From the NCBI GenBank assembly GCA_030699125.1, contig JAUYKM010000018.1:34884-98883 (forward strand): a DNA stretch of 64,000 bases, in the 5' to 3' direction. Each line of letters begins with the position of its first letter. Positions within the stretch are counted from its first letter, which is position 1. The DNA is from Candidatus Daviesbacteria bacterium (GTDB lineage: Bacteria; Patescibacteriota; Microgenomatia; Daviesbacterales; UBA10151). Positions 16,106-25,791 of this stretch are shown here, in pieces. The notes beneath the pieces are model-generated. The model saw only the letters and a list, made by a program, of their open reading frames with translations. It was not told the DNA's origin and ran no database searches. The translations under genes and the position numbers were made by a program.

Positions 16106-17332
16106 ATGGAATTCGAGGAAAGATCTGATCAATTGATGGAACGAAGAGAGTTTCTCCAATATTCAGCTTTAGCAACCGCGGCTTGGCTGATTAGTCTAAA
16201 TGGTCCTGATAAACATAAGCCTCCTGAAAATAGAAATCCTCTTGAGCTGAAAAATTATCTAGATTTTTATCGCCGTTCTGCTGTTAAAAATATTGTGACG
16301 TTCACTGACGGCACACAAGCAATTATTCCCAGTTCAGCTTACGGGGATGAAATTTATATGCGTGATTCATTTTTCACTTGTGTAGGTTTAGAGAATTTAT
16401 TGGTTAATGACTGTCTGAATCCGTTTGAAGAAAGACAGCTTCAAAACGGTCAACTAGCTCATGCCATCCCTCGTAGTCTTGAGCGAAATGGGTCTGACCC
16501 CAGAGATGATGAGTCAACTCTTATTTATCTCATTGGCAAGGGTGTTGCAAACAGACAATTTCAAAGGGTGAGCAGAGAAGCTATAACAAAAGCTTGGTCT
16601 TTTATACAATCTCATGTATTTGAGGGTTGGTATCTCTCAGATGAGGGTCCTTTTCGATATTGGGCAGATACATATATCAATAAATCCGAAGATGTTATCT
16701 CTTACAACCAGGGGTTATATGCGCTGGCTTTACGTTTCCTCAACAAGTTTGATCCGAAACTTGTCCCGAATCATATTTTGTCTCAAGCCGAAGAAAATTT
16801 TCGGAGTCTTTTCAGAAACGATCTCGGCTTTATCCCCTTAAGCAAGAATACTTCTTACCAGGATATATCAGCTCTACTGCCGGAATTTCTGGCAAGATAC
16901 TATTTCCATGAGGGCATTCTTCAAAATAATCATATTATCTCATCTTTAAATCACCTTATTAGAACCGCCAGTGTTTGGGATAATCAGCAAAGATTGAAGG
17001 GGATAAAAACTATTTGTCAACCCGACGGCTCTTTTTTACCTCCTGATTATTTTTTTAATCATCTTAACAACCCAGGAGAGTATCATAATGGTGGGTATTG
17101 GCCACTATATGTGCTGGTGGCACTATGTTTGGCATATAAAATTACCCTGGACGAAAAATACAAATCTATAGCTACTGTTTTAGTTCAAGAAGAGTTATCC
17201 GATGGGAGAAGTCAGGAGTTTATCTATTTAGCAGAAGGGCGGGAAGGAACTCATGATGCGGAAAGATCAGATTACTCCTGGAATGCCTTACTTATTCCCG
17301 CGTTCAAATGGTCAGGAATGGTATCTATATAA
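16106..17332 (+). CDS. Secreted (alpha/alpha)6 six-hairpin glycosidase, amylo-alpha-1,6-glucosidase C-domain-like, with a twin-arginine (Tat) signal peptide
   Basis: 408 aa. Tat motif ERREFLQYSALATAAWLIS and the GDE_C-like motif EYHNGGYWPLY. Confidence 0.55.
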   Translation: MEFEERSDQLMERREFLQYSALATAAWLISLNGPDKHKPPENRNPLELKNYLDFYRRSAVKNIVTFTDGTQAIIPSSAYGDEIYMRDSFFTCVGLENLLVNDCLNPFEERQLQNGQLAHAIPRSLERNGSDPRDDESTLIYLIGKGVANRQFQRVSREAITKAWSFIQSHVFEGWYLSDEGPFRYWADTYINKSEDVISYNQGLYALALRFLNKFDPKLVPNHILSQAEENFRSLFRNDLGFIPLSKNTSYQDISALLPEFLARYYFHEGILQNNHIISSLNHLIRTASVWDNQQRLKGIKTICQPDGSFLPPDYFFNHLNNPGEYHNGGYWPLYVLVALCLAYKITLDEKYKSIATVLVQEELSDGRSQEFIYLAEGREGTHDAERSDYSWNALLIPAFKWSGMVSI

Positions 17333-17341
17333 GTCTGCTGT

Positions 17342-18811
17342 CTATATCACTCTAAATGATTCCACTATATCCCCAATTTGAAAATCCACAGGGGGATTAA
17401 ACAGCATGCCGCAATCATTCCCTTTTTCCACTTTATTAACCTCATCCTTAACTTTTTTTAAGGATTTTAATTTGGTTTCACCTATAATCTCTCCTTCCCT
17501 CACCACTCTGATCCTTTGTCCTTTGGCAATCTCTCCTTCCACCATCCTGCATCCGGCAATCCTTTCATCCTTTCCGTGAGGAAACTCGGCAATAATATTG
17601 CCCTTTCCCAAAACTTCCTCCAACTGCCCTACCTCCAGTAAAGTATTGACTACTTCCTCAACATCTTCTAAAAGCTCATATATAATATTGTAGGTTCTTA
17701 TTAAAACTTGTTCATTTTCAGCCAATTTTTGGGCCAGTGGAGCCACTTTCACATTAAAGCCAATGATAATTGCTCCCACAGTGGAGGCCAATTTAACATT
17801 TTCTTCTCCAATCTGCCCTGTAGCTGTAAAAATAAAATTAACTATTTTTCTCTCTTCATTGAATTTCTCCAAAGAGGCCTCAATTGCCTCCAGTGACCCT
17901 TGCTTATCAGCCTTAATGATTACCTTAAGAGTCTTATCTTTTTCGCTCTTAAGCCTATCTACTAAGCTGGCAGCAGCTTCTTTGATGGATGATTCAACTG
18001 CTTCTTGTCCTAGAGTGGCACCTACCTCCGGCACAGTTTCCAAACCCAAAACCTCAACAGACATGGATGGACCTGCCTGATCCAGGGGAGAACCATTAAA
18101 ATCAAACATCCCTTTTATTTTTCCTTTTATTCCCCCTACCACAATTTGATCTGCCCGCTTTAATGTACCATTTCTCACTAAAATGGTAGCTATGGGGCCT
18201 TTAAATTTATCCAAATTAGCCTCAATCACTACTCCAGCAGCAGGTAATGAAGGATCACCCTTTATTTCATGCAGCTCGGAAACTAGTAGTATCACCTCCA
18301 AAAGCTTATCCACCCCTTCTCCTGTTTTGGCAGAAAGAGCAACCAGAGGTACATCTCCTCCATACTCCTCTAAGTTTACTTCTCTATCAGTTAATTGTTT
18401 TTTGATCTTTTCTAAAGAGACTTTTAGGTTTAATCCCGGCAGGTCAATTTTATTAACAGCCACAATCATAGGGACTTTAGCTGCCTGAATATGCTTGAGG
18501 GCCTCAACAGTTTGGGGCATGATCCCATCATCTGCTGCCACCACCAGTATAGCAATATCAGCCACCTTAGCACCTCTGGATCTCATTTTCTCAAAAGCAG
18601 CATGACCGGGAGTGTCTATGAAAGTGATAAGTGGAGAGTGCTGAGTGCTAAGTCCACTTTGCACTTCTATCTGGTAGGCTCCAATATGCTGGGTGATACC
18701 GCCATGTTCTTTAGCAGCCACTGAGGATTTTCTTATAAAGTCAAGGAGGGTGGTTTTACCGTGGTCTACGTGACCTAATATAGTTACAATTGGTGGTCTT
18801 GTTTGTTCCAT
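17342..18811 (-). CDS. infB: Translation initiation factor IF-2 (short form lacking the N-terminal domains)
   Basis: 489 aa. G domain [19 protein letters not shown] and NKID. In the conserved nusA-infB order. Confidence 0.9.
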   Translation of the reverse strand: MEQTRPPIVTILGHVDHGKTTLLDFIRKSSVAAKEHGGITQHIGAYQIEVQSGLSTQHSPLITFIDTPGHAAFEKMRSRGAKVADIAILVVAADDGIMPQTVEALKHIQAAKVPMIVAVNKIDLPGLNLKVSLEKIKKQLTDREVNLEEYGGDVPLVALSAKTGEGVDKLLEVILLVSELHEIKGDPSLPAAGVVIEANLDKFKGPIATILVRNGTLKRADQIVVGGIKGKIKGMFDFNGSPLDQAGPSMSVEVLGLETVPEVGATLGQEAVESSIKEAAASLVDRLKSEKDKTLKVIIKADKQGSLEAIEASLEKFNEERKIVNFIFTATGQIGEENVKLASTVGAIIIGFNVKVAPLAQKLAENEQVLIRTYNIIYELLEDVEEVVNTLLEVGQLEEVLGKGNIIAEFPHGKDERIAGCRMVEGEIAKGQRIRVVREGEIIGETKLKSLKKVKDEVNKVEKGNDCGMLFNPPVDFQIGDIVESFRVI

Positions 18812-18840
18812 AATAACTTTCCAGGCGAAAAGTACTCATA

Positions 18841-20154
18841 TTACTTTGGCTTTTCACCAGATTTATCAGCTTTTTCTATATCTTTTTCCGCATCCTTCGC
18901 TGCTTTTGGATCATCAACCTTTGGTTCTTCTTCCAATTCTCCGCCTTTGGATTCATCCTGCATAGCTTCCGTTATGTTCTCTTCCACAGCTTCAACTGCA
19001 GCTTCACCAGCAGTTTTTGAAGGGTCTGTTGCTTCTGTTTCAGCTTTTTCTTTTCCTTCTTCTGGGGTTTCAGCAGGAACCTCTTCAGTTTTTTTCTCAG
19101 CTTTTTTCTCTTCCCTCTTAACGCTTTCCGTTTCACTCTCTAGTTTCGGTTCCCCTGAACCTACAATATCTATCTTCCAACCAGTTAGCTTGGCAGCCAG
19201 TCTGACATTTTGTCCTTTTTTACCAATTGCCAAAGATAGTTGATCTTCAGGCACTGTTACTGTGGCTACCTGATCTTCTTTATTTAAACTAACAATTATA
19301 TCTTTGGCAGGAGATAAGGCGGCAGCTATGAACCTGGCAGGATCCTCGGAATATGAAATAATGTCAATCTTTTCTTCTCCCAACTCACTCATCACAGCTT
19401 GAACTCTCACTCCTTTTTGTCCCACCAAAGAACCCACCGGATCAACTCCTTCCTGGCTGGATTTGGCAGCAATCTTGGATCTGGATCCTGCCTCTCTGGC
19501 AACCACCTTAATTTCCACAGCACCGGATTGGATCTCCGGTACTTCCAGAGCAAATAGTGCTTTAACTAACTCCGGATCAGACCGGGAAACCACTACCTCT
19601 GAGCCTCTACCACCTTCTCTAATTTCCTTAATTAAAAATTTCAATCTTTGATTTTGATGATAAATCTCTGAATGAACTTGTTCGGAGGGAGGGAAAACCC
19701 CTTCTGCTCTGCCTAAATCTATAAAAAAAGTGTTACCTTCCTGCCTTTGAATACTTCCGGAGATCACTGTGCTTACTTTATTAGAATATTCTGATAAAAT
19801 GGCATCCCGCTCAGCCTCATTAAGACGCTGCATGATCACCTGTTTGGCAATCGCGGCAGCAATTCTGGCAAAACCGGGGGGAGTAACATTTTTATCTTTG
19901 TTTAAGATGGAGATTTCCCCTGTGGCAGGATTAACTTCGGAGGTGAATCCCTCAAAATCTTCAGGAACCTCTTCGTTTCGAAGCATTAAATCTTTTTTAT
20001 AGGCGGCTAAAGCAGCTTGTCTGATGGCATCCAAAACCACAGAAACATCTACCCCTTTTTCAGAGGCTATTTGATTTAGCGCAGCTGCAAATTCTGTTCG
20101 TGCTTGAGCCATAGTTTTAAAAAGGGCGGGCACTAGTCCCACCCTAAAGGTCAA
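18841..20154 (-). CDS. nusA: Transcription termination/antitermination factor NusA with an acidic E/K-rich C-terminal extension
   Basis: 437 aa with S1 and two KH domains. Located 29 nt upstream of infB. Confidence 0.9.
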   Translation of the reverse strand: MTFRVGLVPALFKTMAQARTEFAAALNQIASEKGVDVSVVLDAIRQAALAAYKKDLMLRNEEVPEDFEGFTSEVNPATGEISILNKDKNVTPPGFARIAAAIAKQVIMQRLNEAERDAILSEYSNKVSTVISGSIQRQEGNTFFIDLGRAEGVFPPSEQVHSEIYHQNQRLKFLIKEIREGGRGSEVVVSRSDPELVKALFALEVPEIQSGAVEIKVVAREAGSRSKIAAKSSQEGVDPVGSLVGQKGVRVQAVMSELGEEKIDIISYSEDPARFIAAALSPAKDIIVSLNKEDQVATVTVPEDQLSLAIGKKGQNVRLAAKLTGWKIDIVGSGEPKLESETESVKREEKKAEKKTEEVPAETPEEGKEKAETEATDPSKTAGEAAVEAVEENITEAMQDESKGGELEEEPKVDDPKAAKDAEKDIEKADKSGEKPK

Positions 20155-20238
20155 TTGGATTGTTAACCAGAGATATATTAACTTTTTGCCTTCTTAAAGT
20201 CAAGCTCAAGCTACTAATGTGTTAAGCTTAAAGAAGAT

Positions 20239-20688
20239 ATGTTATATGAATTAAAAATATTTATAATCCATGAACTGATCCATATTTTATTGGGGTTAAT
20301 TCTTTTTCTTAGTCTTTCCAGGATTATCAAAAAATATAGACTTCTTTTTTGGGCATTTTTAGTATCAATCTTTCTAGATATTGACCATTTATTTGATTAT
20401 TTTATAGCCTTGGGAGCTAAACTGGATATCAATGCTATGGTCACCGGGAGTTATTTTGATACAAATACTCATACCTATATTCCACTGCACTCCTGGGAAC
20501 TAGCTGTCATTATGATTATTTTAGGTTGGATCAAAAGAAGAAAAAATGTGGGTAAGTTTTTGATTGCCACAGGAGTGGGGATATTTACTCATCTTTTAGT
20601 TGATCAGACCTGGTATCAGCCGATCTGGAATGTTTACTTTCTCATATCCAGATTTGCCCACAACTTTATACCATCATATCTTTGGTAA
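20239..20688 (+). CDS. Membrane-bound metal-dependent hydrolase-like protein (YdjM/DUF457-like)
   Basis: 149 aa, multi-TM, with conserved His/Asp in ELIHILLG...DIDHLFDY...THLLVDQ. Confidence 0.4.
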   Translation: MLYELKIFIIHELIHILLGLILFLSLSRIIKKYRLLFWAFLVSIFLDIDHLFDYFIALGAKLDINAMVTGSYFDTNTHTYIPLHSWELAVIMIILGWIKRRKNVGKFLIATGVGIFTHLLVDQTWYQPIWNVYFLISRFAHNFIPSYLW

Positions 20689-20691
20689 TCC

Positions 20692-21657
20692 CTAAAACCA
20701 ACCTTTTTTCTTATCCGAAGGAGAGCTACGCTCATTTCCCAGCTTATAGAGTTCCTCATATAATTGTTTTTCCTGCTTGGAGGGATTTTTGGGTACATTT
20801 AAGTTTACCCTGACATAGTGATCACCGTAACCATGACTTCCCAATCTGGGGACTCCTTTACCTTTTAGTTTTACCAGAGATCCAGGCTGGGTGCCTGGAG
20901 GAACCTTAACCTTAACTTTTCCCTGTACTGTTTCTACCTCAAACACATCCCCTAAAACCAGTTGGGGGATATTTATAGTAATCTCGGAAAATATATCTGC
21001 CCCTTCCCTTAAGAATTCCGGATTTCTATCCACTCTGAAGACAATATCCAGATCACCAAATCTGATTTTAGTGCCATTATCTACTCCAGCTGGAACCTTT
21101 ATCCTCATTCTTTTTCTTTCCAGCCTTCCTTGAGCATTTCTTGTTTCCGTCTCAATATCTTTAGTCACTCCTTTAATGGCCTCATCAAAAGATACACTCA
21201 TCTGATAAGTAGGTCTTCTTCTCATGGCAGCTCCAAACCCTCCGCCAAAGATTTGTTCAAAAAGCTCAAACGGATCTTCAAATCCGCCAAAGTCAAACTG
21301 AATATTGGGATTACCACCTCCCGAGGATGACCAGGAATATTGCTGCCAGTCGCCGCCAAAGGGATTACCTCCACCCTGAGCACCGCCGAAGGGTCCGCCT
21401 GCCCCAGCTCCCCCGTATCCTCCGGCACCCCGGTCAAAAGCAGCATGACCAAATTGATCATAAGCTCCTTTTTTCTGGGGATCAGATAAAACCTGATAAG
21501 CCTCGCCAATCTCTTTAAATCTGCCTTCAGCCCCGGCAGTTTTATCTACATCAGGATGATGCTTTCTGGCCATCTTTCTATAAGCAGATTTAATCTCCTC
21601 AGCTGAGGCAGATTTAGAAACTCCAAGTATTTCGTAGTAGTCACGTTTAGTAGCCAT
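20692..21657 (-). CDS. dnaJ: DnaJ-family co-chaperone, type II (J-domain plus G/F region, no Cys-rich zinc finger)
   Basis: 321 aa. J-domain DYYEILGV...HPD, a G/F-rich linker, and no CxxCxGxG repeats. Confidence 0.85.
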   Translation of the reverse strand: MATKRDYYEILGVSKSASAEEIKSAYRKMARKHHPDVDKTAGAEGRFKEIGEAYQVLSDPQKKGAYDQFGHAAFDRGAGGYGGAGAGGPFGGAQGGGNPFGGDWQQYSWSSSGGGNPNIQFDFGGFEDPFELFEQIFGGGFGAAMRRRPTYQMSVSFDEAIKGVTKDIETETRNAQGRLERKRMRIKVPAGVDNGTKIRFGDLDIVFRVDRNPEFLREGADIFSEITINIPQLVLGDVFEVETVQGKVKVKVPPGTQPGSLVKLKGKGVPRLGSHGYGDHYVRVNLNVPKNPSKQEKQLYEELYKLGNERSSPSDKKKGWF

Positions 21658-21669
21658 ATTATTTATATT

Positions 21670-22068
21670 TTAAGATCTGGCGGGGGATTTTTGTTCCACT
21701 TTAGAAACACCTAAATTAGCGGAGGTGATCTCTTTTTTTCCTTCAGAAAAAGTGGCTTTATATATTCCAAACTGTTTAAATGGCAATCCCCCAAACTCAA
21801 TTAAAATATTGGCTCTGCCCCCGCGACCAATGGTAATATTAAAATCCCTCTCAAATACTACATTATCTCCTTTTTCGTGAGCCAATTTTACCCCAATAGT
21901 GACATTGGTATTAGCTTCACCCTCAAAGGAGGCCACCAGGAAACCTTTTTGTAAAATAGGACTATCATTTGAAGAATGGAAATGGTCAAATTCACCCAAG
22001 ATTGACAATTTGCCATCAGAGGAAGTCAGAGCATAATCACAGAAAAGGGCAAATCTGCCTTTAATCAT
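21670..22068 (-). CDS. Hypothetical protein inserted between dnaK and dnaJ
   Basis: 132 aa with no motif recognised. Overlaps the dnaK stop by 8 nt and lies 13 nt upstream of dnaJ, so it is co-transcribed within the heat-shock operon. Confidence 0.55.
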   Translation of the reverse strand: MIKGRFALFCDYALTSSDGKLSILGEFDHFHSSNDSPILQKGFLVASFEGEANTNVTIGVKLAHEKGDNVVFERDFNITIGRGGRANILIEFGGLPFKQFGIYKATFSEGKKEITSANLGVSKVEQKSPARS

Positions 22069-23998
22069 TCTTTTTCTCTTCCTCTACTACTTCACCTTCC
22101 ACAGTCTCTTCAGTCTTAGGAGCTTCACCAGTTGATTCTTCAGTCTTTGCTTCTTCCTTACCTGCTGTACCCTGTCCACTGTCACCTGTACCCTTTTGTT
22201 CATACATGGCTGATCCTACTTTCTGCAACACTTCTCCTAAGGCATCACCTTTTTTCTTAATATCATCTGTGTCCTCACCTTTCAAAGCCTCTTTTAACTC
22301 ATTTAATTTCTGTTCAACCTCTGTTCTAACATCCTGAGACACCTTATCCCCTTGCTCTTTTAAAGTTTTTTCTGTCTGATAAACCAATCCGTCAGCAATA
22401 TTTCTGATCTCAATCCCCTCTTTTTTCTTTTTATCTTCCTCGGCATGGGCTTCAGCCTCTTTAGTCATCCTTTCCACTTCAGACTTATCTAAGCCTGTGG
22501 AACCAGTGATGGTAATTTTTTGCTCCTTGCCGGTAGCTTTATCTTTGGCAGAAACATTTAAAATACCGTTAGCATCAATATCAAAAGTAACTTCAACTTG
22601 TGGAACTCCACGAGGAGCCGGTGGAATACCATCCAAAATAAAGCGGCCCAAAGATTTATTATCTGCAGCCATTTCCCTTTCACCTTGCAAAACATTAATC
22701 TCAACTGATGTCTGATTATCAGCAGCGGTGGAGAAAACTTCTGATTTGGAGGAAGGAATAGTGGTATTTCTATTTATTAAGGAGGTGCGGACTCCACCCA
22801 AAGTTTCAATTCCCAAGGTCAAGGGTGTCACATCAAGTAAAAGCACATCTTTAACTTCCCCACCCAATACCCCTCCCTGAATAGCCGCACCAACAGCCAC
22901 CACTTCATCAGGATTAATGCCTTTGTGCGGTTCTTTGCCAAAAAACTCCTGGACCGACTTTTGTACGGCAGGCATTCTGGTCATGCCTCCCACCAAAACT
23001 ACTTCATCAATTCCGCCAGCTGGCGGATTTTCGTTCATCTTGGCATCCTTAAGACAACTCTTTACTGCCTCAAAGGATTTATCAATTAAAGGTTTAACCA
23101 TGGCCTCAAGCTTAGCCCTGGATAATTTCATCTCCAAGTGCTTGGGACCAGAATCTGTGGCTGTGACAAAAGGAATGGAAATCTCTGCCTCCATGGAGGA
23201 AGAAAGCTCAATCTTGGCTTTTTCCGCTGCATCACGTAATCGTTGCAAAGCTTGTTTGTCACCTTTTAGATCAATTCCCTCAAGTTTCTTAAACTCCTCT
23301 GCTAAATAATCTAAAATTACCTGGTCAAAATCATCTCCACCTAAGTGTGTATCACCATTAGTGGATTTAACCTCAAAAACTCCCTCACCCAGTTCCAAAA
23401 CAGAGATATCAAAAGTGCCTCCACCCAGATCGTAAACAGCAATGGTGTGAGCGTGTGATTTATCCAAGCCATAGGCCAGGGCTGCCGCAGTGGGTTCATT
23501 AATAATTCTTTGCACATTAAGTCCGGCAATTTCCCCGGCTTGTTTGGTGGCTTGCCTTTGGGCATCATCAAAATAGGCAGGAACAGTAATCACAGCATCA
23601 GTTACTTTTTCACCTAAATAGGATTCAGCATCAGCTTTAATTTTTTGCAGGATTTGAGCAGAAATTTCTTGAGGAGTATATTCATGGCCTTCCACTTCCA
23701 CCACAGCCATACCATTTTTACCGGACTTGATAGTATAAGGAAGCCATTTCATGTCCCTTTGGACCTCAGGATCATTAAATTTTCTTCCCATCAGTCTTTT
23801 GATAGAAAAAATGGTTTCTTTGGGATTTACCACAGCTTGGCGTTTGGCCACTCTGCCCACAATATTTTTGACAGGATTAACAACAGAGGGGATGATATTT
23901 TCCCCCTCAGCTGAGTGGATAACTTTGGGCTTTCCACCCTCCATTACCGCCACAGCAGAATTTGTTGTTCCTAAATCAATTCCTACAATTTTAGTCAT
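22061..23998 (-). CDS. dnaK: Molecular chaperone DnaK (Hsp70)
   Basis: 645 aa with [18 protein letters not shown] and an EEVD-like acidic C-terminus. Confidence 0.97.
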   Translation of the reverse strand: MTKIVGIDLGTTNSAVAVMEGGKPKVIHSAEGENIIPSVVNPVKNIVGRVAKRQAVVNPKETIFSIKRLMGRKFNDPEVQRDMKWLPYTIKSGKNGMAVVEVEGHEYTPQEISAQILQKIKADAESYLGEKVTDAVITVPAYFDDAQRQATKQAGEIAGLNVQRIINEPTAAALAYGLDKSHAHTIAVYDLGGGTFDISVLELGEGVFEVKSTNGDTHLGGDDFDQVILDYLAEEFKKLEGIDLKGDKQALQRLRDAAEKAKIELSSSMEAEISIPFVTATDSGPKHLEMKLSRAKLEAMVKPLIDKSFEAVKSCLKDAKMNENPPAGGIDEVVLVGGMTRMPAVQKSVQEFFGKEPHKGINPDEVVAVGAAIQGGVLGGEVKDVLLLDVTPLTLGIETLGGVRTSLINRNTTIPSSKSEVFSTAADNQTSVEINVLQGEREMAADNKSLGRFILDGIPPAPRGVPQVEVTFDIDANGILNVSAKDKATGKEQKITITGSTGLDKSEVERMTKEAEAHAEEDKKKKEGIEIRNIADGLVYQTEKTLKEQGDKVSQDVRTEVEQKLNELKEALKGEDTDDIKKKGDALGEVLQKVGSAMYEQKGTGDSGQGTAGKEEAKTEESTGEAPKTEETVEGEVVEEEKKND

Positions 23999-24016
23999 AT
24001 TATTAAATTCCTTTCA

Positions 24017-24235
24017 TTATCCATCAGTCCAAAGAGCTAATGATCTTCTGCTTTTGTTAATTCTTAAGATTGACGTGCTTGAGGGATATCGTAAAAATCC
24101 AACTAATGACATTACTCCTCCACCAACACCAAACAAAACTGGATCCCATGATTTTGGACCCCTAATTCTCAATTCCATATCTCTCTTCCAACCTCCAGTT
24201 ATATTACTAAATCTTCTTTCTTTACTTTCTATCAT
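24017..24235 (-). CDS. Candidate small ORF (72 aa) in the grpE-dnaK spacer, preceded by a perfect Shine-Dalgarno sequence
   Basis: AAGGAG (complement of 24242..24247) sits 6 nt before the ATG. The product MIESKERRFSN...GPKSWDPVLFGVGGGVMSLVGFL has no recognisable family. Coding status is uncertain. Confidence 0.3.
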   Translation of the reverse strand: MIESKERRFSNITGGWKRDMELRIRGPKSWDPVLFGVGGGVMSLVGFLRYPSSTSILRINKSRRSLALWTDG

Positions 24236-24255
24236 ATTTTTCTCCTTTTTTACTT

Positions 24256-24340
24256 GTCATTCTGAACGTAGTGAAGAATCTCTCAGTTTATCTGAGGAAC
24301 CTTGCATTCGCAAGAGATCCTTCGTTTCACTCAGGATGAC
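24256..24340 (-). other. Complex structured inverted-repeat element that starts at the grpE stop codon. Outer arms gtcatcctgagtgaa / ttcactacgttcagaatgac enclose two inner hairpins (cttgc-gaat-gcaag and ctcag-ataaa-ctgag).
   Basis: Read directly on the minus strand. Not followed by a U-tract. Lies immediately upstream of the SD of the small ORF. Confidence 0.5.
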
Positions 24341-24888
24341 ATTTCTCCTTCCCCAGATCCTTCGTCGCTGGATTGCTCCTCAGGATGATTATCTTGCTTC
24401 CGCCCGACAATCACTTGCGCTGGTCTTAAAACTTTTCCATTTAAATTATACCCTTTTCTAACAACTTCCAAAATACTATTCTCACCCTTGCCCGCCGAAG
24501 CTTCAGCGGAGGAGGGTTCACGAGTATCAACTGCCTCATGAAGGCTTGGATCAAATTGTCCCTCTTCCGGTATTTCATCCAACCCTTCCTGAGCTAAAAC
24601 CTGTTTAAATTCCTTGACTGCCAACTCTACTCCTTTAAACCAACCTGACTCCTTCTCCTGTTCACTTGTTCCACCCAAGGCTTGTTCTAAGTGATCCAGA
24701 GTTGGTATTAGCTTCCTTAACAATTCTGCCCCAACGTAGGCAACCATCTCTGAACGGCCTTCAGAAATTCTTCTCTCCAGATTCTGATAATCAGCTACTG
24801 CTCTTTTGAGCTGATTTTCCAAATCAGTTACTCTGGTTTGTAATTGTTCCAATTCCTCGTTTTTTTTATTATCTTGTTTCTTAGACAT
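24331..24888 (-). CDS. grpE: Nucleotide exchange factor GrpE
   Basis: GrpE coiled-coil and C-terminal domain. Start chosen at MSKKQDNKK (24886-24888); the ORF-track start at 24921 adds 11 hydrophobic residues. Confidence 0.85.
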   Translation of the reverse strand: MSKKQDNKKNEELEQLQTRVTDLENQLKRAVADYQNLERRISEGRSEMVAYVGAELLRKLIPTLDHLEQALGGTSEQEKESGWFKGVELAVKEFKQVLAQEGLDEIPEEGQFDPSLHEAVDTREPSSAEASAGKGENSILEVVRKGYNLNGKVLRPAQVIVGRKQDNHPEEQSSDEGSGEGEMSS

Positions 24889-24976
24889 AATGATTTGTAA
24901 CAAGTACAGTAAAGGTAACAAGGCACAAGTTATTTGTATTTTAACTTGTCACTTGTCACTTGTTACTAGTTACTTC

Positions 24977-25723
24977 TCATACCCTTCCTGCTTCACAAAC
25001 TAAATTTCTGACATATTTGACATAAGGCAACACAAGCGAAAAATTCATCCTGGCAGGACCGATTACTCCAATCACCCCGCCTTTTCCGGGAATGGCCGGA
25101 TTTATAGGTACAAACTCATACCTGGTAAAAACAAATCCTGTAGGAACCAAATCCTCATAGCCTAACTCTTCTCCAAAAAGAATATGGATTGGATCTGCTC
25201 CTTGAGCTTTGCCAATAATCTCGACTAACCTGGGGTTCTCATCAAATAAAGATAAAACCATTCTGGCTACATCAATATCATAAAATTCCGGCCAGTCCAA
25301 AATATTGGCTGCCCCGGCATAATATACCTGCCCTTCATCATCCCGGGCCAAACCTAATATTCCTAAGCGATTTGCCAAAGCTGAAACTGCCTCTTTTAAT
25401 AATTTTTCTTCTTGAGCTTTCTGCTGCCATAATTTCTCTTTGATCGAAACTTCGGCAGTTATCGGCAATTCCTTCTCTTTCATCAGTTCCGAGATATAAA
25501 GTCTCATTCCCATAGAAGTAGGCGTTCTGCCGGCTGAAGTATGCGGCTGTCTCAGATAGCCTCCTTCAGTCAGCTTTCCCATTTCAATTCTGATGGTGGC
25601 AGGGGAAACCCCCAGATCATACTTCCTTTCTATTATCTCTGAACCTACCGGTTCAGCTGATTCGATATATTCCTCAATAATTGCTTTTAAAAGTGCCTTT
25701 TGTCTATCGGTTAAATCAGACAT
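24977..25723 (-). CDS. hrcA: Heat-inducible transcription repressor HrcA
   Basis: HrcA N-terminal winged helix MSDLTDRQKALLKAIIEEY. Start chosen at this Met (25721-25723); the longer ORF to 25822 would overlap the CIRCE, the promoter and nadK. Confidence 0.85.
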   Translation of the reverse strand: MSDLTDRQKALLKAIIEEYIESAEPVGSEIIERKYDLGVSPATIRIEMGKLTEGGYLRQPHTSAGRTPTSMGMRLYISELMKEKELPITAEVSIKEKLWQQKAQEEKLLKEAVSALANRLGILGLARDDEGQVYYAGAANILDWPEFYDIDVARMVLSLFDENPRLVEIIGKAQGADPIHILFGEELGYEDLVPTGFVFTRYEFVPINPAIPGKGGVIGVIGPARMNFSLVLPYVKYVRNLVCEAGRV

Positions 25724-25725
25724 AG

Positions 25726-25752
25726 TTAGCAGTAATATACACCGAGTGCTAA
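25726..25752. promoter_or_regulatory. CIRCE operator (HrcA binding site) TTAGCAGTA-N9-GAGTGCTAA directly upstream of hrcA, overlapping a TTGACA-N17-TATATT promoter (minus sense)
   Basis: Right arm matches the consensus TTAGCACTC-N9-GAGTGCTAA perfectly; the left arm matches 7 of 9. -35 TTGACA at 25759..25764 (complement). The -10 sits inside the CIRCE spacer. Confidence 0.8.
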
Positions 25753-25791
25753 TATTTGTCAAGATAGTGTCTTTAGTAGTACCATTCCTGT

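Noticed and set aside
23751-24461. 236-aa plus-strand ORF spanning the dnaK start, the spacer and the grpE end
   Set aside because: It is antisense to two confidently called chaperone genes, runs through the structured spacer, and has a low-complexity L/S/T-rich translation. It is a spurious long ORF.
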